A stretch of DNA of 60,986 nt, counting the filler, from Stramenopiles sp. TOSAG23-3 (Eukaryota), in the NCBI GenBank assembly GCA_900128585.1. It is 13 parts of 13 records of this genome, joined end to end, with 100 filler letters (N's around TTAATTAATTAA, not from the genome) between each part and the next. Parts side by side here need not be neighbours in the genome. Positions count along the whole stretch, not along the records: positions 1 to 4,622 come from LT643761.1; positions 4,723 to 9,342 come from LT643762.1; positions 9,443 to 14,059 come from LT643763.1; 10 more parts are not named here. The stretch is one strand, 5' to 3'. The notes below the pieces were generated by a model. It was not told the origin of the DNA, made no database searches, and saw only the letters and a program-made list of their open reading frames with translations. Made by a program: the position numbers and the translations under genes. Shown here in pieces: positions 1 through 10,351 of the stretch (positions are counted from its first letter, which is position 1; every line of letters begins with the position of its first letter).

Positions 1-318
1 TTCTTCTTCTTCTTCTTCTTCTTCTTCTTCTTGCTTGTTGTAGTACTTGTGGTACTATTTATTAAATATTTATTATTAAAATAACCAAGAAGTAGTAGTA
101 GAAGAGAAAGACTAATTATTATATTTTTTAGTTTAAAAAAACGTGTTGCACAAATCTTTCTTATACGTCTTGATGTAGTTAGTAGAGGAAGGAATTCAAA
201 TTTATATACAACAAAAAAAAGAAGGGGAGCGAGTGTTTACACATTTTACATTTTTATTCAATTCAAGGCATTGCGCACTGAAAAGAAAACAAGGTTTAGT
301 TTACGTGGTTTTCTCACG

Positions 319-1650
319 ATGGAGGTGCCTTTTGACGTGGGGGCGTACGTTGGGCGGTATAGTGGCTACACGAAGCTCCGACGGCTGCAATTCATCGCGG
401 ACAAAGATTCGGCCTTGGCGGAGAAAGTGTACAAGCTGATCGTACAAGAGTTGAAAGCAACAAATAGTTTAAATGTTGGTTTGTACCAGTCTGTTGTTGA
501 GAAATCCACCGAACTGGAGATGGACGAAAAGTGGGTCTCCGAAAGCAGGAGTAGCGCCGAAGTACTGCAACAACATTTAGAGGAAGAACTGGAAGGGTAC
601 AAAAAGAATATGATCAAAGAAAGCATTCGCATGGCGAACAACGACTTCGTACAGTTCTACATTCGGTGCGGCGATTTGAAGAACGCCCTGTCGTACTGCT
701 TGAAGAACCGGGACTACTGCACCACGCGCAAGCACGTCCTCGACATGTGTTTGAAGGTAATTAGCATCGCGCTGAACCTGGACAACATTGCCCTTGTGCA
801 AAGCCAAGCTCTGAAGGGGCAGCATATCCCATCGTTGCAAGATGCGGCGAGCGAGGCGCACGAGCGTCAGAAAATCGTTGTGGCGACAGGAATTGCACAT
901 CTAGCGAAAAGGGAGTATGGGGAGGCATGCAGTTGTTTCCTTAATGTGTCGGTGTCGTTCGGGAACTCCTTCTCGTCAGTTGCTGTGGGAGAAGATGTAG
1001 GGACGTATACCATTCTTTGTGGGATAGCCGCTTTCTCCCGCCCTCGATTAAAGTCGGCGTTGCTCGACAGTGACAAAGCGGCCAAACTGATGGACCCGGT
1101 GCCGCATATGAAGCAGATTCTTTCTGACTTTTATGGGGGCAGGTACTCGTCCTGCTTAGCGGCGCTCCGGCAGCACCGCCCAACTTTTATCCTAGACATT
1201 TATCTCAGCGAACACATCGATCATCTGTACGAACAGATTGAGAACAAAATTATGCTACAATACTGCAGCGCCTTTTTATCCATTAAATTGCCCGTTTTAG
1301 CAGATGCATTAGGGTTGTCGGTGGAGGCAGTGACGAAGCAAGCCGTGAGCTTGATAATGAAGGGAAAACTCCAGGCGAAGGTCGACAGTTGTAATCAAGT
1401 TTTGCACGCTCGGCAGAATGATGAGCGGAGTACCATGTACGAGAAAACTGCAGATTCTGGAGAAGCCTTTGTTGCAAATGCCCACAAAACGCTTTTAAGG
1501 ATCAACATGGCAAAGCACAAGTTTGTCCATTCCGGCAGGAGAAACGGGAACAGCAGCGACAAGGCGACGGGGTCCTCCCAGAGGAAAGCACGTTCCCATT
1601 CCCGCATGCCGGAAGTAGATTTGAGGCTGAACACTAAATTGGAAAATTAA
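319..1650 (+). CDS. CSN1: COP9 signalosome complex subunit 1 (RPN7/PCI domains)
   Basis: N-terminal YSGYTKLRRLQFIA, central LEGYKKNMIKESIRM...RDYCT and C-terminal PCI (LQAKVDSCNQVLHAR) match CSN1/GPS1. First ATG at 319; intronless. Confidence 0.9.
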   Translation: MEVPFDVGAYVGRYSGYTKLRRLQFIADKDSALAEKVYKLIVQELKATNSLNVGLYQSVVEKSTELEMDEKWVSESRSSAEVLQQHLEEELEGYKKNMIKESIRMANNDFVQFYIRCGDLKNALSYCLKNRDYCTTRKHVLDMCLKVISIALNLDNIALVQSQALKGQHIPSLQDAASEAHERQKIVVATGIAHLAKREYGEACSCFLNVSVSFGNSFSSVAVGEDVGTYTILCGIAAFSRPRLKSALLDSDKAAKLMDPVPHMKQILSDFYGGRYSSCLAALRQHRPTFILDIYLSEHIDHLYEQIENKIMLQYCSAFLSIKLPVLADALGLSVEAVTKQAVSLIMKGKLQAKVDSCNQVLHARQNDERSTMYEKTADSGEAFVANAHKTLLRINMAKHKFVHSGRRNGNSSDKATGSSQRKARSHSRMPEVDLRLNTKLEN

Positions 1651-1794
1651 ACTCCTAATGAGATGTAAGATGTGTTCTGATGTATGATATGCGTGCGCAC
1701 CATATGTACTCGTATGTGCCAACCAACCTGAAGTGCAAGGTTCTTCAAAGGGATAGCACAAGGGAGAGAGAGTTTGCTTCTCAGTGCTTAATTA

Positions 1795-1915
1795 AATAAA
1801 AAAATTGGCGCTGTTATTTAAAAAGTACATTAATGAAAATTTATCTTCTTCTTATACCGCGAAATATGAATCTCTGGTCCTTTTGCCCATTAAAGGCTTG
1901 ACATCTCTCACTCCA
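1795..1915 (-). repeat. Diverged copy of the dispersed 3'-intergenic element
   Basis: Reverse complement gives tttcgcggtataagaag (motif A-like, ~1864-1848) followed by taaataacagcgccaatttt (motif B-like, ~1820-1799). Lies between convergent CSN1 and LRR genes. Confidence 0.6.
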
Positions 1916-1969
1916 TTAGATTGGGTACGTTCTTGTAAAAATCCATACTGAAACATCGCCTCGAAAGCC

Positions 1970-4108
1970 TCATTTTTTTTTCTGTTGAAACTCACTCTCT
2001 TCCAAATGCATTCGGACGTAATCTTTGGCGCGTTGGGGTATCTTAAACCTCTGAAAGCCCCTTCTCTTCACGCCCCCGCTTTGTTTCGAACGAGGATGTT
2101 CTCTGGTTCTTGGTTGGACGGGTGACCTGGCATTAGGGCCGCGACTATTCGCTACGGAGACATCCGAACTGTCGTCGTACTTACCCTCATACGACGCCGC
2201 GGTCCTGGCCGCTTCCTTGTCAATGCCCGGTACCTTCTTCTGGCCTACGTCCCCATGCCCATCATTAGGGATGGGCGCATCGCCAGTAAGGTGTACTATA
2301 TCCGCGCGGGCATATGCGAGCGCCTGCTGAAGACCTTCAGAAGATTTGTGAGGTGGCAAGGACACCGCCTCTGTTGACGTTTTAAAAACCGAGTCTGGCG
2401 GGGACTTACTTGCGCAACCGTCACTTAACATTGCGGAATGGCTCCTTTGAACCGCAGTCATCTTCTCTCGGCATTGCTTCAGCATCTCATCAACATCATC
2501 GAGGGGTTTCAAATCAAAATTAACACGCGCTTGAGTGCTAGTCTGGCGCATTTTGTACCCCGTAGAGACCTTTTGGGCACCCGTTGATTCCGGGCTGGGA
2601 TCGCTGTCGTTTCCAGCGAACAATTTTTCAGCCAGTGATCGAGAAAACGAATTATTGCTCCTCGAAACGTTGGACGTCCCCAGCCCGGCTTCTCCGCGCA
2701 AACTTTGGTCCGAAAACACACTACTGGGAACGACACCATCGCCTGCTTCGTCCGCCATTCCAGAGGAGGTTTGCCCAGAATCAGTGCCCTCTTCCCCACT
2801 GTTTCCGTCTCGTCTTCTGGCCGAACCTCGACGACTCTTCGCGCTCCCCAATTGTTTCCTCTGTTTGCTTCGGCGATTCTTATCGCTACGTTGCACAACC
2901 ACAGTTTCATTTTCCTTGTTTACTTCTTCCACCGAATCGCTACCGCTTCTCTTTACAGTTTTGCCGGACCCTTTACCACGAGTCTTGCTTGCTTTCTTCG
3001 CACCACCTGGTTTGGTAATGCCATACATATCTAGCTTAAAGCCATTTTCCAGACCAGATCGGTTTACACTCGTCCCATTGAACAGTGACAACGATCGGAT
3101 TGCTGTGCATACTTTGTCACCCATTCCCACAACCTGTGTCAGTGGGTTCCCTGACACAGATAGAACAAACAAGTTTTCGATAGTGGCCAAATTCAACAAG
3201 TCATCAACATCACTGAGCCGATTGTCTGTGACATCGACGACGTCGACATGCCTATACTTTTTTAAAATTGGACTTACTTGCGTAAAACGGTTTCCGGCCG
3301 CATAGAACTCATTCAGGGAGTCCAAGCGGGGGAGGTTGTCCCACTCCGAAAGGCGATTACGGTCGACTCTCAGAATGCTCAAATTCATCTTGTTCCCAAG
3401 TTTTCCTAGCTCCTTCAACGAGACAAGCTTGTTTGACCCCAAATCTAATTCTTCTAACAGCGGCAATTCACCAATGCACTTGCTTAAAGCTTTCAAATTG
3501 TTTTCCCTCAGAATGAGGTGTTTCAACGATCCTCCCAGAACCTCTAGGCCTCGAAGAGACGATAGATCGTTCCCACCTAGGTCCAGCGTTTCTAACTGTC
3601 GACAAGACGCAAGTTTGGATATGCCAGGTGTTAAGCTGGTCATCATGTTTGTACTCATTCGCAGCTCTCGGAGCTTTCGCAATACGTGCAGCCCGTACGG
3701 GAACTCTACCAGGTTGTTCCCATTGAGGTACAACATTTCCAAATTTTGGCAGTTTTCAAACACGTAATCCCCCTCAAGTTCTGGCCCTAAGCAGTTGTTG
3801 TGAAGTCGAAGCTCTCGCAGCTGCTTCAACTCGTCTATTCGGTTAAGGCGAGACAACTGGTTGAAAGAAAGGTCCAAAGTGCGGACCTTGGACGCTCTCT
3901 TCCCAAAGCTATCAATTTCAGAAATGTTACAGTTTGAGATTTCAAGTGTGTACTCGTCACACCGTTTGCGAGAGAGTTCAAGCGCCTTCTCCGATATACC
4001 CGTAACGGATGAATTCACTTTTATGCCGACGCCATTTATTAAGCTATGCACTAGCTCAGACGTCAAGACTACCCTCCCAGCGTCACGCTTTTCTCGCTTC
4101 AAGTCCAT
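1970..4108 (-). CDS. Leucine-rich repeat protein (SDS22-like LRRs) with a low-complexity C-terminus
   Basis: About 11 LxxLxLxxNxL repeats in residues ~50-345, then a disordered Ser/Lys/Arg-rich tail; 712-aa ORF. Confidence 0.85.
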   Translation of the reverse strand: MDLKREKRDAGRVVLTSELVHSLINGVGIKVNSSVTGISEKALELSRKRCDEYTLEISNCNISEIDSFGKRASKVRTLDLSFNQLSRLNRIDELKQLRELRLHNNCLGPELEGDYVFENCQNLEMLYLNGNNLVEFPYGLHVLRKLRELRMSTNMMTSLTPGISKLASCRQLETLDLGGNDLSSLRGLEVLGGSLKHLILRENNLKALSKCIGELPLLEELDLGSNKLVSLKELGKLGNKMNLSILRVDRNRLSEWDNLPRLDSLNEFYAAGNRFTQVSPILKKYRHVDVVDVTDNRLSDVDDLLNLATIENLFVLSVSGNPLTQVVGMGDKVCTAIRSLSLFNGTSVNRSGLENGFKLDMYGITKPGGAKKASKTRGKGSGKTVKRSGSDSVEEVNKENETVVVQRSDKNRRSKQRKQLGSAKSRRGSARRRDGNSGEEGTDSGQTSSGMADEAGDGVVPSSVFSDQSLRGEAGLGTSNVSRSNNSFSRSLAEKLFAGNDSDPSPESTGAQKVSTGYKMRQTSTQARVNFDLKPLDDVDEMLKQCREKMTAVQRSHSAMLSDGCASKSPPDSVFKTSTEAVSLPPHKSSEGLQQALAYARADIVHLTGDAPIPNDGHGDVGQKKVPGIDKEAARTAASYEGKYDDSSDVSVANSRGPNARSPVQPRTREHPRSKQSGGVKRRGFQRFKIPQRAKDYVRMHLEESEFQQKKK

Positions 4109-4622
4109 TTCCTCCTCCAGCCCTTGGTGCCAAAACGGTTCGGATTGTATAACGTGAAATACACCCCGCTGTAAAAAACAAAACCCACCACGCTAATTCA
4201 AACGTGCGTTCACGTTCCCGAGTTAAACAATGAGCATATCGATTAAACTTATATGTATAGTGAAAAGAAAACTTAGATAGGATCTTCTTGTTTTCTTTTC
4301 TTTTGAAAAAAGAAGTTGTGAGTATTTTTTTGTTGTGTTTATTATTTATTTTATTATTTGTTTGAAAAAGAAACGGCGGCCGTCGTGTCGTGTCGTCGTC
4401 AGGTGTCATCACATCATTTATCTGAAAGTCGTCCCTGATGTTCCCTGTTGTATACCTCTTAAGTACGTAATTCAAATATTTAATAAATATAAACAGAGCA
4501 CCTATTAACTTGGTATTAAACAAACAATAAAGACGCCATGCTGTTTATATAGTCAATTTATTAATTAGTATAATAAAATATAAAAATAAAATACAGTTAA
4601 TAAATACAAAGTAGTAGTACGG

Positions 4623-4722
4623 NNNNNNNNNNNNNNNNNNNNNNNNNNNNNNNNNNNNNNNNNNNNTTAATTAATTAANNNNNNNNNNNNNNNNNNNNNN
4701 NNNNNNNNNNNNNNNNNNNNNN
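4623..4722. other. Artificial contig linker. Also at 9343-9442, 14060-14159, 18771-18870, 23476-23575, 28178-28277, 32875-32974, 37565-37664, 42252-42351, 46938-47037, 51621-51720 and 56304-56403
   Basis: Identical 100-bp N44-TTAATTAATTAA-N44 spacer carrying stops in all six frames; the flanking contigs decrease in length. Confidence 0.98.
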
Positions 4723-5141
4723 GAATAATGCTCGAAATGATCATCGTCGTCGGACCGCTTCTTTGTTATTTTTCTTTCTTCCTTCTTCTTCCTTCTTCTT
4801 CCTTCTTCTTCCTTCTTCTTCCTTCTTCTTCCTTTTTTTTAATAAAATACAAAAGCAGTTGCGTTGTGTTACCCTCTTCATTCTTCTTCTTCTTGTGTCC
4901 CTGTTGTTCTTCCTTTTCCTTCTTTTTTTTTTATTATCATCATCAATAATATTATCGATCTTCTTCTTGCACTCTCTTCTTTACGACGGGGGCTTCTTGT
5001 TGAAACTCTACCTGAAAAGAAACGAGTTCATACGGGAGATTGTTCTACACGAGACAGCCGACGAAAGAGCAAGTATTTTTGTTTCGAATTCTGCATCGCA
5101 ACGAAACAGTTAGCCCACTTCTATTTACCACACGGCCCTAA

Positions 5142-7301
5142 ATGACGAAAGTGTTGCCTTCGGATGAAAAGGAAGGCCGGAGTGTGGCAGTGCGTCCTAG
5201 AACGAAGAAGGCTCGGAAGTCGCTCGTCTTGGACAGCCTTGACAAGGCCCAGGTCGCTGCGCTGGATACAAAACAATTAGAAAGCATAAAGAGCGTCGAC
5301 AAAATGCTGACTGCGCCTGAAATCTTGGACGAGAGCGCAAAAGGTCGGCGTCGAAGTATCGACGAAGCGTTTGGCCTTAAACGGCCGGTCAAGCGTCGCA
5401 GCTCATGCGCCCTGTCCATTTTGAGCGTGCTGAATCATAGATTTACGGGTATTTTTCTTTGCTTGACGACCATTTTGGCGCTATTTGCGTACGACCTGAA
5501 CAATGCTGTACTGCCCAAAGAGTGCGATTTCCCCGTGTTAGTAATAATATGCACATGCTTTACCATATTCGCGTTCGAGGTGGTGCTTTCCAGCTATGTG
5601 AACGTGGGCTACGCCGGCAGTTTTTTCTGGGTGCTTGACGTTGTCGGCACCCTAAGCATGATTCCGGACATTCTTCAGATCGTAGACGGTATGGGCACGG
5701 ACAGCGTCGACACAAACCTGGAAGTTACAAAGGCGGGGAAAGCGGGGCGAATAGCAAGGTCTGCCGGGTCTCTCAGAATTACGAGGTACGCCAGAATCTT
5801 TCGAATCGTCCGCCTCGTAAGAGTCGTTCGTTTGCTGAGAATAATCTCGAAGAGTGCAGGTCTGGACGGGGCAGAGCCGAATGACGCAGAGCACCACCGC
5901 TCCTTGGACGAGGCGCCGCGGCAGCGGCCTAGTAAAATTGGGAGGCTCTTGTCGGAAATGATAACCAAACGAATAATTGTTCTGGTCATTCTTCTGATCA
6001 GCGTGCTTCCACAGCTGGAACAAGAGGCCGGGGCCGGCCACGTGCAACCCTCCACGGTCCTGCGAGCTTTGGAGTTCACGTACAACACGTCCAGCTTTCA
6101 CAAGGCCGTGAGCGACATTCTCGTGAACGACCACACGATCGTGTACGCCCGGGTGAGGGGCGTGTTGTTCAAGGACGACGCGCACGCGCTCCAGCGACTG
6201 CGAGAAACGGAGAAATCCGTCACGTGCATCCCTGAAAACTGTTTAGATAATAATTTGCTGAGCGAACAGAACACGGTCATAGTGACGTCGTTGCTCGCTC
6301 AGATTCAGCTGCAGGCGTGGTTGCAAATGGCACTGTGCGTTTTCATAATACTCGTCTTTGGCACGGGAAGCTTTATCATTACCAGAGACGTCCATAAACT
6401 GATCGTTGTACCCATCGAAAGGATGACGAACGTGATCCGAAAACTCGCCAGCACCGTCTGCATACTATCCTTGGACGCCGACGTCGTGGACGACGACGTA
6501 TACGAGACCCAACTCCTTGAGAATGTTGTCCAGAAGATGGCGGGAATGTTCGACGTCGAGCCGGTGCAGACCCACTCCGTGCGGTCGGCCTCAAAAATGA
6601 GCCGCATGTTTCTGGGCACAAAACAGACCGAGATCGTCACGACCACGGGCACGTACATGGTAACCGTCGACGAAAAGTTTGCCCGGGGGACCGCCCACCG
6701 CCCTGGCAATTTCACCTCCGCCAGCAAAATGGAAATTGCGGCGGGTCCGCGCGGCGACAAGCTGTCTGGGTCTTTGCTTCGGACGTACACGTCTGGATCC
6801 CGGCCGGCAAAGAGTGGCGCTGTCACGCGGCAGTCCATCTCGTCCCAGAGCGTCTTGGCTTTGACAACGCAGCACGAAGAGCTTTCGTCCGTGATCAGCA
6901 TCATGGAGGACCCAGGCGCGTCGCAGCATTTAAAGCTCTATATGGCAAAAAGCTTGATGCTGGAGAATTTTCTTTTCTACACTGACGTGCAAAAATTTCG
7001 GGAGAGCACGACCAAGCAAGCCCGCCGTATATACAACATGTACATATCCAACAAAGCAATGAACCAGGTGAACGTAAGCGCGAGCCTCCGGTCGGAAGTG
7101 GACAGGGTCGTGGACAGTTCTGAAATGCCGACGAGCATATTCAATGCGTGCCAGGACGAAATTCTACGGTTGATGGAATTGAACTCGTACTACAAATTTC
7201 TGGCAAGCTCTCACTGCGACGATTACTTGAAGAAGAAGTCCAGTAAACGCCAGGTCTTGGCCGTGGAAGACGGCACCGCCACCCAGAACGGGCAGACGTA
7301 G
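5142..7301 (+). CDS. Six-TM voltage-sensor-like membrane protein with a C-terminal RGS domain
   Basis: Hydrophobic S1-S3, an S4-like RITRYARIFRIVRLVRVVRLLR, two more TMs, a HAMP-like LIVVPIERM linker, and RGS-like LENFLFYTDVQKF...ARRIYNMYI...NQVNVS...IFNACQDEILRLMELNSYYKFL. Confidence 0.75.
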   Translation: MTKVLPSDEKEGRSVAVRPRTKKARKSLVLDSLDKAQVAALDTKQLESIKSVDKMLTAPEILDESAKGRRRSIDEAFGLKRPVKRRSSCALSILSVLNHRFTGIFLCLTTILALFAYDLNNAVLPKECDFPVLVIICTCFTIFAFEVVLSSYVNVGYAGSFFWVLDVVGTLSMIPDILQIVDGMGTDSVDTNLEVTKAGKAGRIARSAGSLRITRYARIFRIVRLVRVVRLLRIISKSAGLDGAEPNDAEHHRSLDEAPRQRPSKIGRLLSEMITKRIIVLVILLISVLPQLEQEAGAGHVQPSTVLRALEFTYNTSSFHKAVSDILVNDHTIVYARVRGVLFKDDAHALQRLRETEKSVTCIPENCLDNNLLSEQNTVIVTSLLAQIQLQAWLQMALCVFIILVFGTGSFIITRDVHKLIVVPIERMTNVIRKLASTVCILSLDADVVDDDVYETQLLENVVQKMAGMFDVEPVQTHSVRSASKMSRMFLGTKQTEIVTTTGTYMVTVDEKFARGTAHRPGNFTSASKMEIAAGPRGDKLSGSLLRTYTSGSRPAKSGAVTRQSISSQSVLALTTQHEELSSVISIMEDPGASQHLKLYMAKSLMLENFLFYTDVQKFRESTTKQARRIYNMYISNKAMNQVNVSASLRSEVDRVVDSSEMPTSIFNACQDEILRLMELNSYYKFLASSHCDDYLKKKSSKRQVLAVEDGTATQNGQT

Positions 7302-7465
7302 CAGTAGTATTGAATTAATTTCAGTTGGCAGGCGCTTGGTTGGGTGCGGGTTTAAACTTTACTTTTTGCTATAAAAATAAAAAAGCTTCTGTGTATGCGC
7401 GTGTTAAACGTAAATGTTACGTGCTGCCTACTTCTGCGGTTCCCCACGCGCCACCCCCTTCTTTG

Positions 7466-8701
7466 TTATGGCACCGCGACGAACCCGCCCGTGTTCATGT
7501 TCCGCCGGCATCGGTCGTGAGAGTATATACAACCGCCCATCGCAACGTAGCACCCAGGGTCGAGCACGCCCACGGCGCCGAGCGCGGTGCCGATGTTAAA
7601 CGACGCGTCGGAGTTCTGAAATTTGTGCGGGCGCATGGCCGCCGTGAGGATGATGGTTTTGTGTGCCAGTTTCGTCTGCCGGGCAAGGTAGGTCGCCGTT
7701 GCTAAAATGGTGTCGGAACCGTGCGTAATTACAATTTTGTTCGTTGCAATTTGGACGGTCAGCTTCAACAGAGTGTCCAGGTCACTCCTGGTGATCTCCG
7801 TGGAATCTTTCCGGCAGCATTCGTAGTGCTCCACCTGAAACCCCAGAGGAACGTGCGCGACGGTCTTCAGCACCTCTTTGGATGCCGCCTCACCGATCTC
7901 GAACGCGTACCCATTCGATATGGCCGGGTAATCTTTGTCAATGGTGCCCCCCATCTGTACAAACGCCACGCGCGGCTTTGGCAGGGGTCTGCTGCTGCGG
8001 GGAGTGTCCACGGTCGATTCAACGCGGGGTGTGTGTGACCCCACGGCGGTCTTTGGCTCGTCCCGTTTGTTCGCATGCAGCGCGAGCTTGGCAAGGCCTT
8101 CGCCAAGTGTTGCGGAAACCAACATTTTCAGGACCGAATCCTCCGATGCCTGGCGCCGGGCGTTCGCCCGCGCCGCGAAGGCGTTAACCTCTTTCGCCGC
8201 CGCGTCCACCGTGAGCTTGTGCCGGTGGTGCAGCCAAAGGGCGCAGCACGTCCCTGTTCGGCCCTGGCCGGCACTGCAGTGGACCACGATACGCTCGTTG
8301 GCCGTTTCGGCGGCCGTCAGCGCGTCTAGCACTCGCTTCCGGGCGTCCTTCGAGTAAATGTCCGCCACGGTCTCCACCACCGCGTCGCCCCCAAAATGTC
8401 GCCGGTACTGCTTCAGCAACGGCTCCTTGTAAAACGTGAGCTCCGACCTCGTCAGCAAGCACAGGACCCTCTTGATTCCTTTCGTTTTCATGTGTTCGAC
8501 CCAGTGCTCAACCGCATTCTCTTCGATCGGCGGTCCCCTTGGCGTCGTCAACAGCCCCTCACGAGGGTGTACATGACCAGGGCGCGCCGCGGCCCACACA
8601 ACATCATCCCGCGACGACACTTTCGAAAGGTTGTACTTTGCGTTCGACGGTGGCGGCTTCCTTTCGACCCCACGGGCAGTACTGTCCCGGGAAAACTCCA
8701 T
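7466..8701 (-). CDS. Fusion of a dual-specificity/tyrosine phosphatase with an L-asparaginase N-terminal-type domain
   Basis: P-loop VVHCSAGQGRTG (CX5R); C-terminal half has MGGTIDKDY, ITHGSDT and TAAMRP...SDASFNIG. Confidence 0.8.
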   Translation of the reverse strand: MEFSRDSTARGVERKPPPSNAKYNLSKVSSRDDVVWAAARPGHVHPREGLLTTPRGPPIEENAVEHWVEHMKTKGIKRVLCLLTRSELTFYKEPLLKQYRRHFGGDAVVETVADIYSKDARKRVLDALTAAETANERIVVHCSAGQGRTGTCCALWLHHRHKLTVDAAAKEVNAFAARANARRQASEDSVLKMLVSATLGEGLAKLALHANKRDEPKTAVGSHTPRVESTVDTPRSSRPLPKPRVAFVQMGGTIDKDYPAISNGYAFEIGEAASKEVLKTVAHVPLGFQVEHYECCRKDSTEITRSDLDTLLKLTVQIATNKIVITHGSDTILATATYLARQTKLAHKTIILTAAMRPHKFQNSDASFNIGTALGAVGVLDPGCYVAMGGCIYSHDRCRRNMNTGGFVAVP

Positions 8702-9444
8702 TATCGAACAACAATTTCAAACGGCTCCAACTTTAAAATACCAACAGTGAAGGATAGACGACTGTCTCCCTTTCTCTCTGTTTCTGCGTGTGTGTGTGGA
8801 CATTTCCCATCATGTCCATTTGTTTTTTGTATGTCGATGATGATGAATTTTTTTATTATACCGAGTTGGTAATACCAAAGGTACTACTAAAAACTAAAAT
8901 ATAAAAAATAATAAGAAGTCGTCCTTCCTTCTCTCTCGCTCCTTCTTCCTCTTCCTCCGGCACCACCACCAACAATCTCATAATAAAATTAATAAATTAT
9001 AATATTACTACATTATCACAGCAAGAAGAAGGGAATCATTTTTGAAATTGAAAGAGTAAAAATACCTATGATGCATGGTAGTAGTACCTGTAAGTTGTCG
9101 GGAGGAGGAGGAGGAGGATAGGAGGAGGCAAACTAACGATCATCATCAAAAAAAAAATGATTTAAAAAAATATCTTACTTTATTGATAATTGAAGAATTG
9201 CTTTTGGATTTTAAAATAAAGAATAAATTAATGAACGAATGGAAACCAAGCGAGGGCATACCTATTCTTCCATGCTTTAACTTATTTTTTACTTCTCGGT
9301 TAACGCCCTTTTTTGTTTGACCCCCCCCCCCCCCCCCCCCCCNNNNNNNNNNNNNNNNNNNNNNNNNNNNNNNNNNNNNNNNNNNNTTAATTAATTAANN
9401 NNNNNNNNNNNNNNNNNNNNNNNNNNNNNNNNNNNNNNNNNNCC

Positions 9445-9822
9445 ACGCGCGCCCGGGATGCCCTCCAAGGCAGTGAGATCAATGGCAGGCGCGTCACTGT
9501 CAACTATGCCAAAGAAAAACTGGGTCCGAATGCGGTAGGCCCATCGGCAAGCCTGAATTCCAGGATCGGCTCCCGAGGCGGGGGGCAGCGGGGTGGTGGG
9601 CAGCGGTTCGGGGGGGGTGGCTATTCCAAACCAACCGGCGGGTATGGCGCTCCTACAGGCTATGGTGGTGGCGCTTCTGCAGGTTATGGGGGTGCTTCTA
9701 CTGGATATGGTGGTACTTCCACTGGCTACGGGGGTGGAGGAAACGCAACGTATGGGGGAAATACGTACACTCAGCCGTCGACTGGCAGTACAGGGTACGA
9801 CCCAGCAGCACCAGTGCAGTAG
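9445..9822 (+). CDS. 3' fragment of a glycine-rich RNA-binding (RRM) protein, truncated by the contig edge
   Basis: Absent from the ORF track. Manual translation gives ARDALQGSEINGRRVTVNYAKEK (RRM end), then RGG and GYGG repeats; TAG at 9820-9822. Confidence 0.75.
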   Translation, partial: TRARDALQGSEINGRRVTVNYAKEKLGPNAVGPSASLNSRIGSRGGGQRGGGQRFGGGGYSKPTGGYGAPTGYGGGASAGYGGASTGYGGTSTGYGGGGNATYGGNTYTQPSTGSTGYDPAAPVQ

Positions 9823-10351
9823 TGTGCGCGTCAAGAACGGGCGTTTTTTGCGTTAGTAGTTCGTACGTGGTGTGTTCGTACTGATGAATGACCAGAGAGG
9901 CTAACGCAGACACACAAGTAACGGCGCAAATGTTCGCATACCTGACCGCCTATAAGCTGTTTTAAAATGCAGCGCCCAACAACTAAAGATGGAGAGACCC
10001 CCTGCCTGGACAGCGCACGCGTGCACGAGACACTACAGCTGTGTATGCTGTCACTAAAATGCATGTTCGTGAGGGAAAGACTTCCACTTTTCTAGGAACA
10101 TTCCCTCGGAAGACAAGGCCGAAACAATGAACTAATTACGAATGCGCATATCTAGTACGTGCCTCCAGTTGCAAGCAACTCTTCAAATATGTAACAGAGC
10201 TACCCGATTCGAACCGAGTCAAACATATCCCGCATACGTCTTTGATCATCAGCTACGCCCCCCCTGCAGTCTATAGGTGCCAATTGAAACGTCCGATGTT
10301 CTTGCCTCGAAAAACACAAAACCCGAAGAACCCACAGCCAATATCTCCGCC

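Noticed and set aside
4623-4722. Regularly spaced TTAATTAATTAA palindrome as a biological repeat
   Set aside because: It is always embedded in identical N runs and is a standard six-frame-stop linker.
4728-5145. Short Phe/Leu/Ser-rich ORFs in intergenic DNA (also 25900-26201 and 56142-56351)
   Set aside because: They are translations of TTC microsatellites.
9321-9342. 22-nt poly-C tract
   Set aside because: It sits exactly at a contig end, consistent with a sequencing or assembly artefact.
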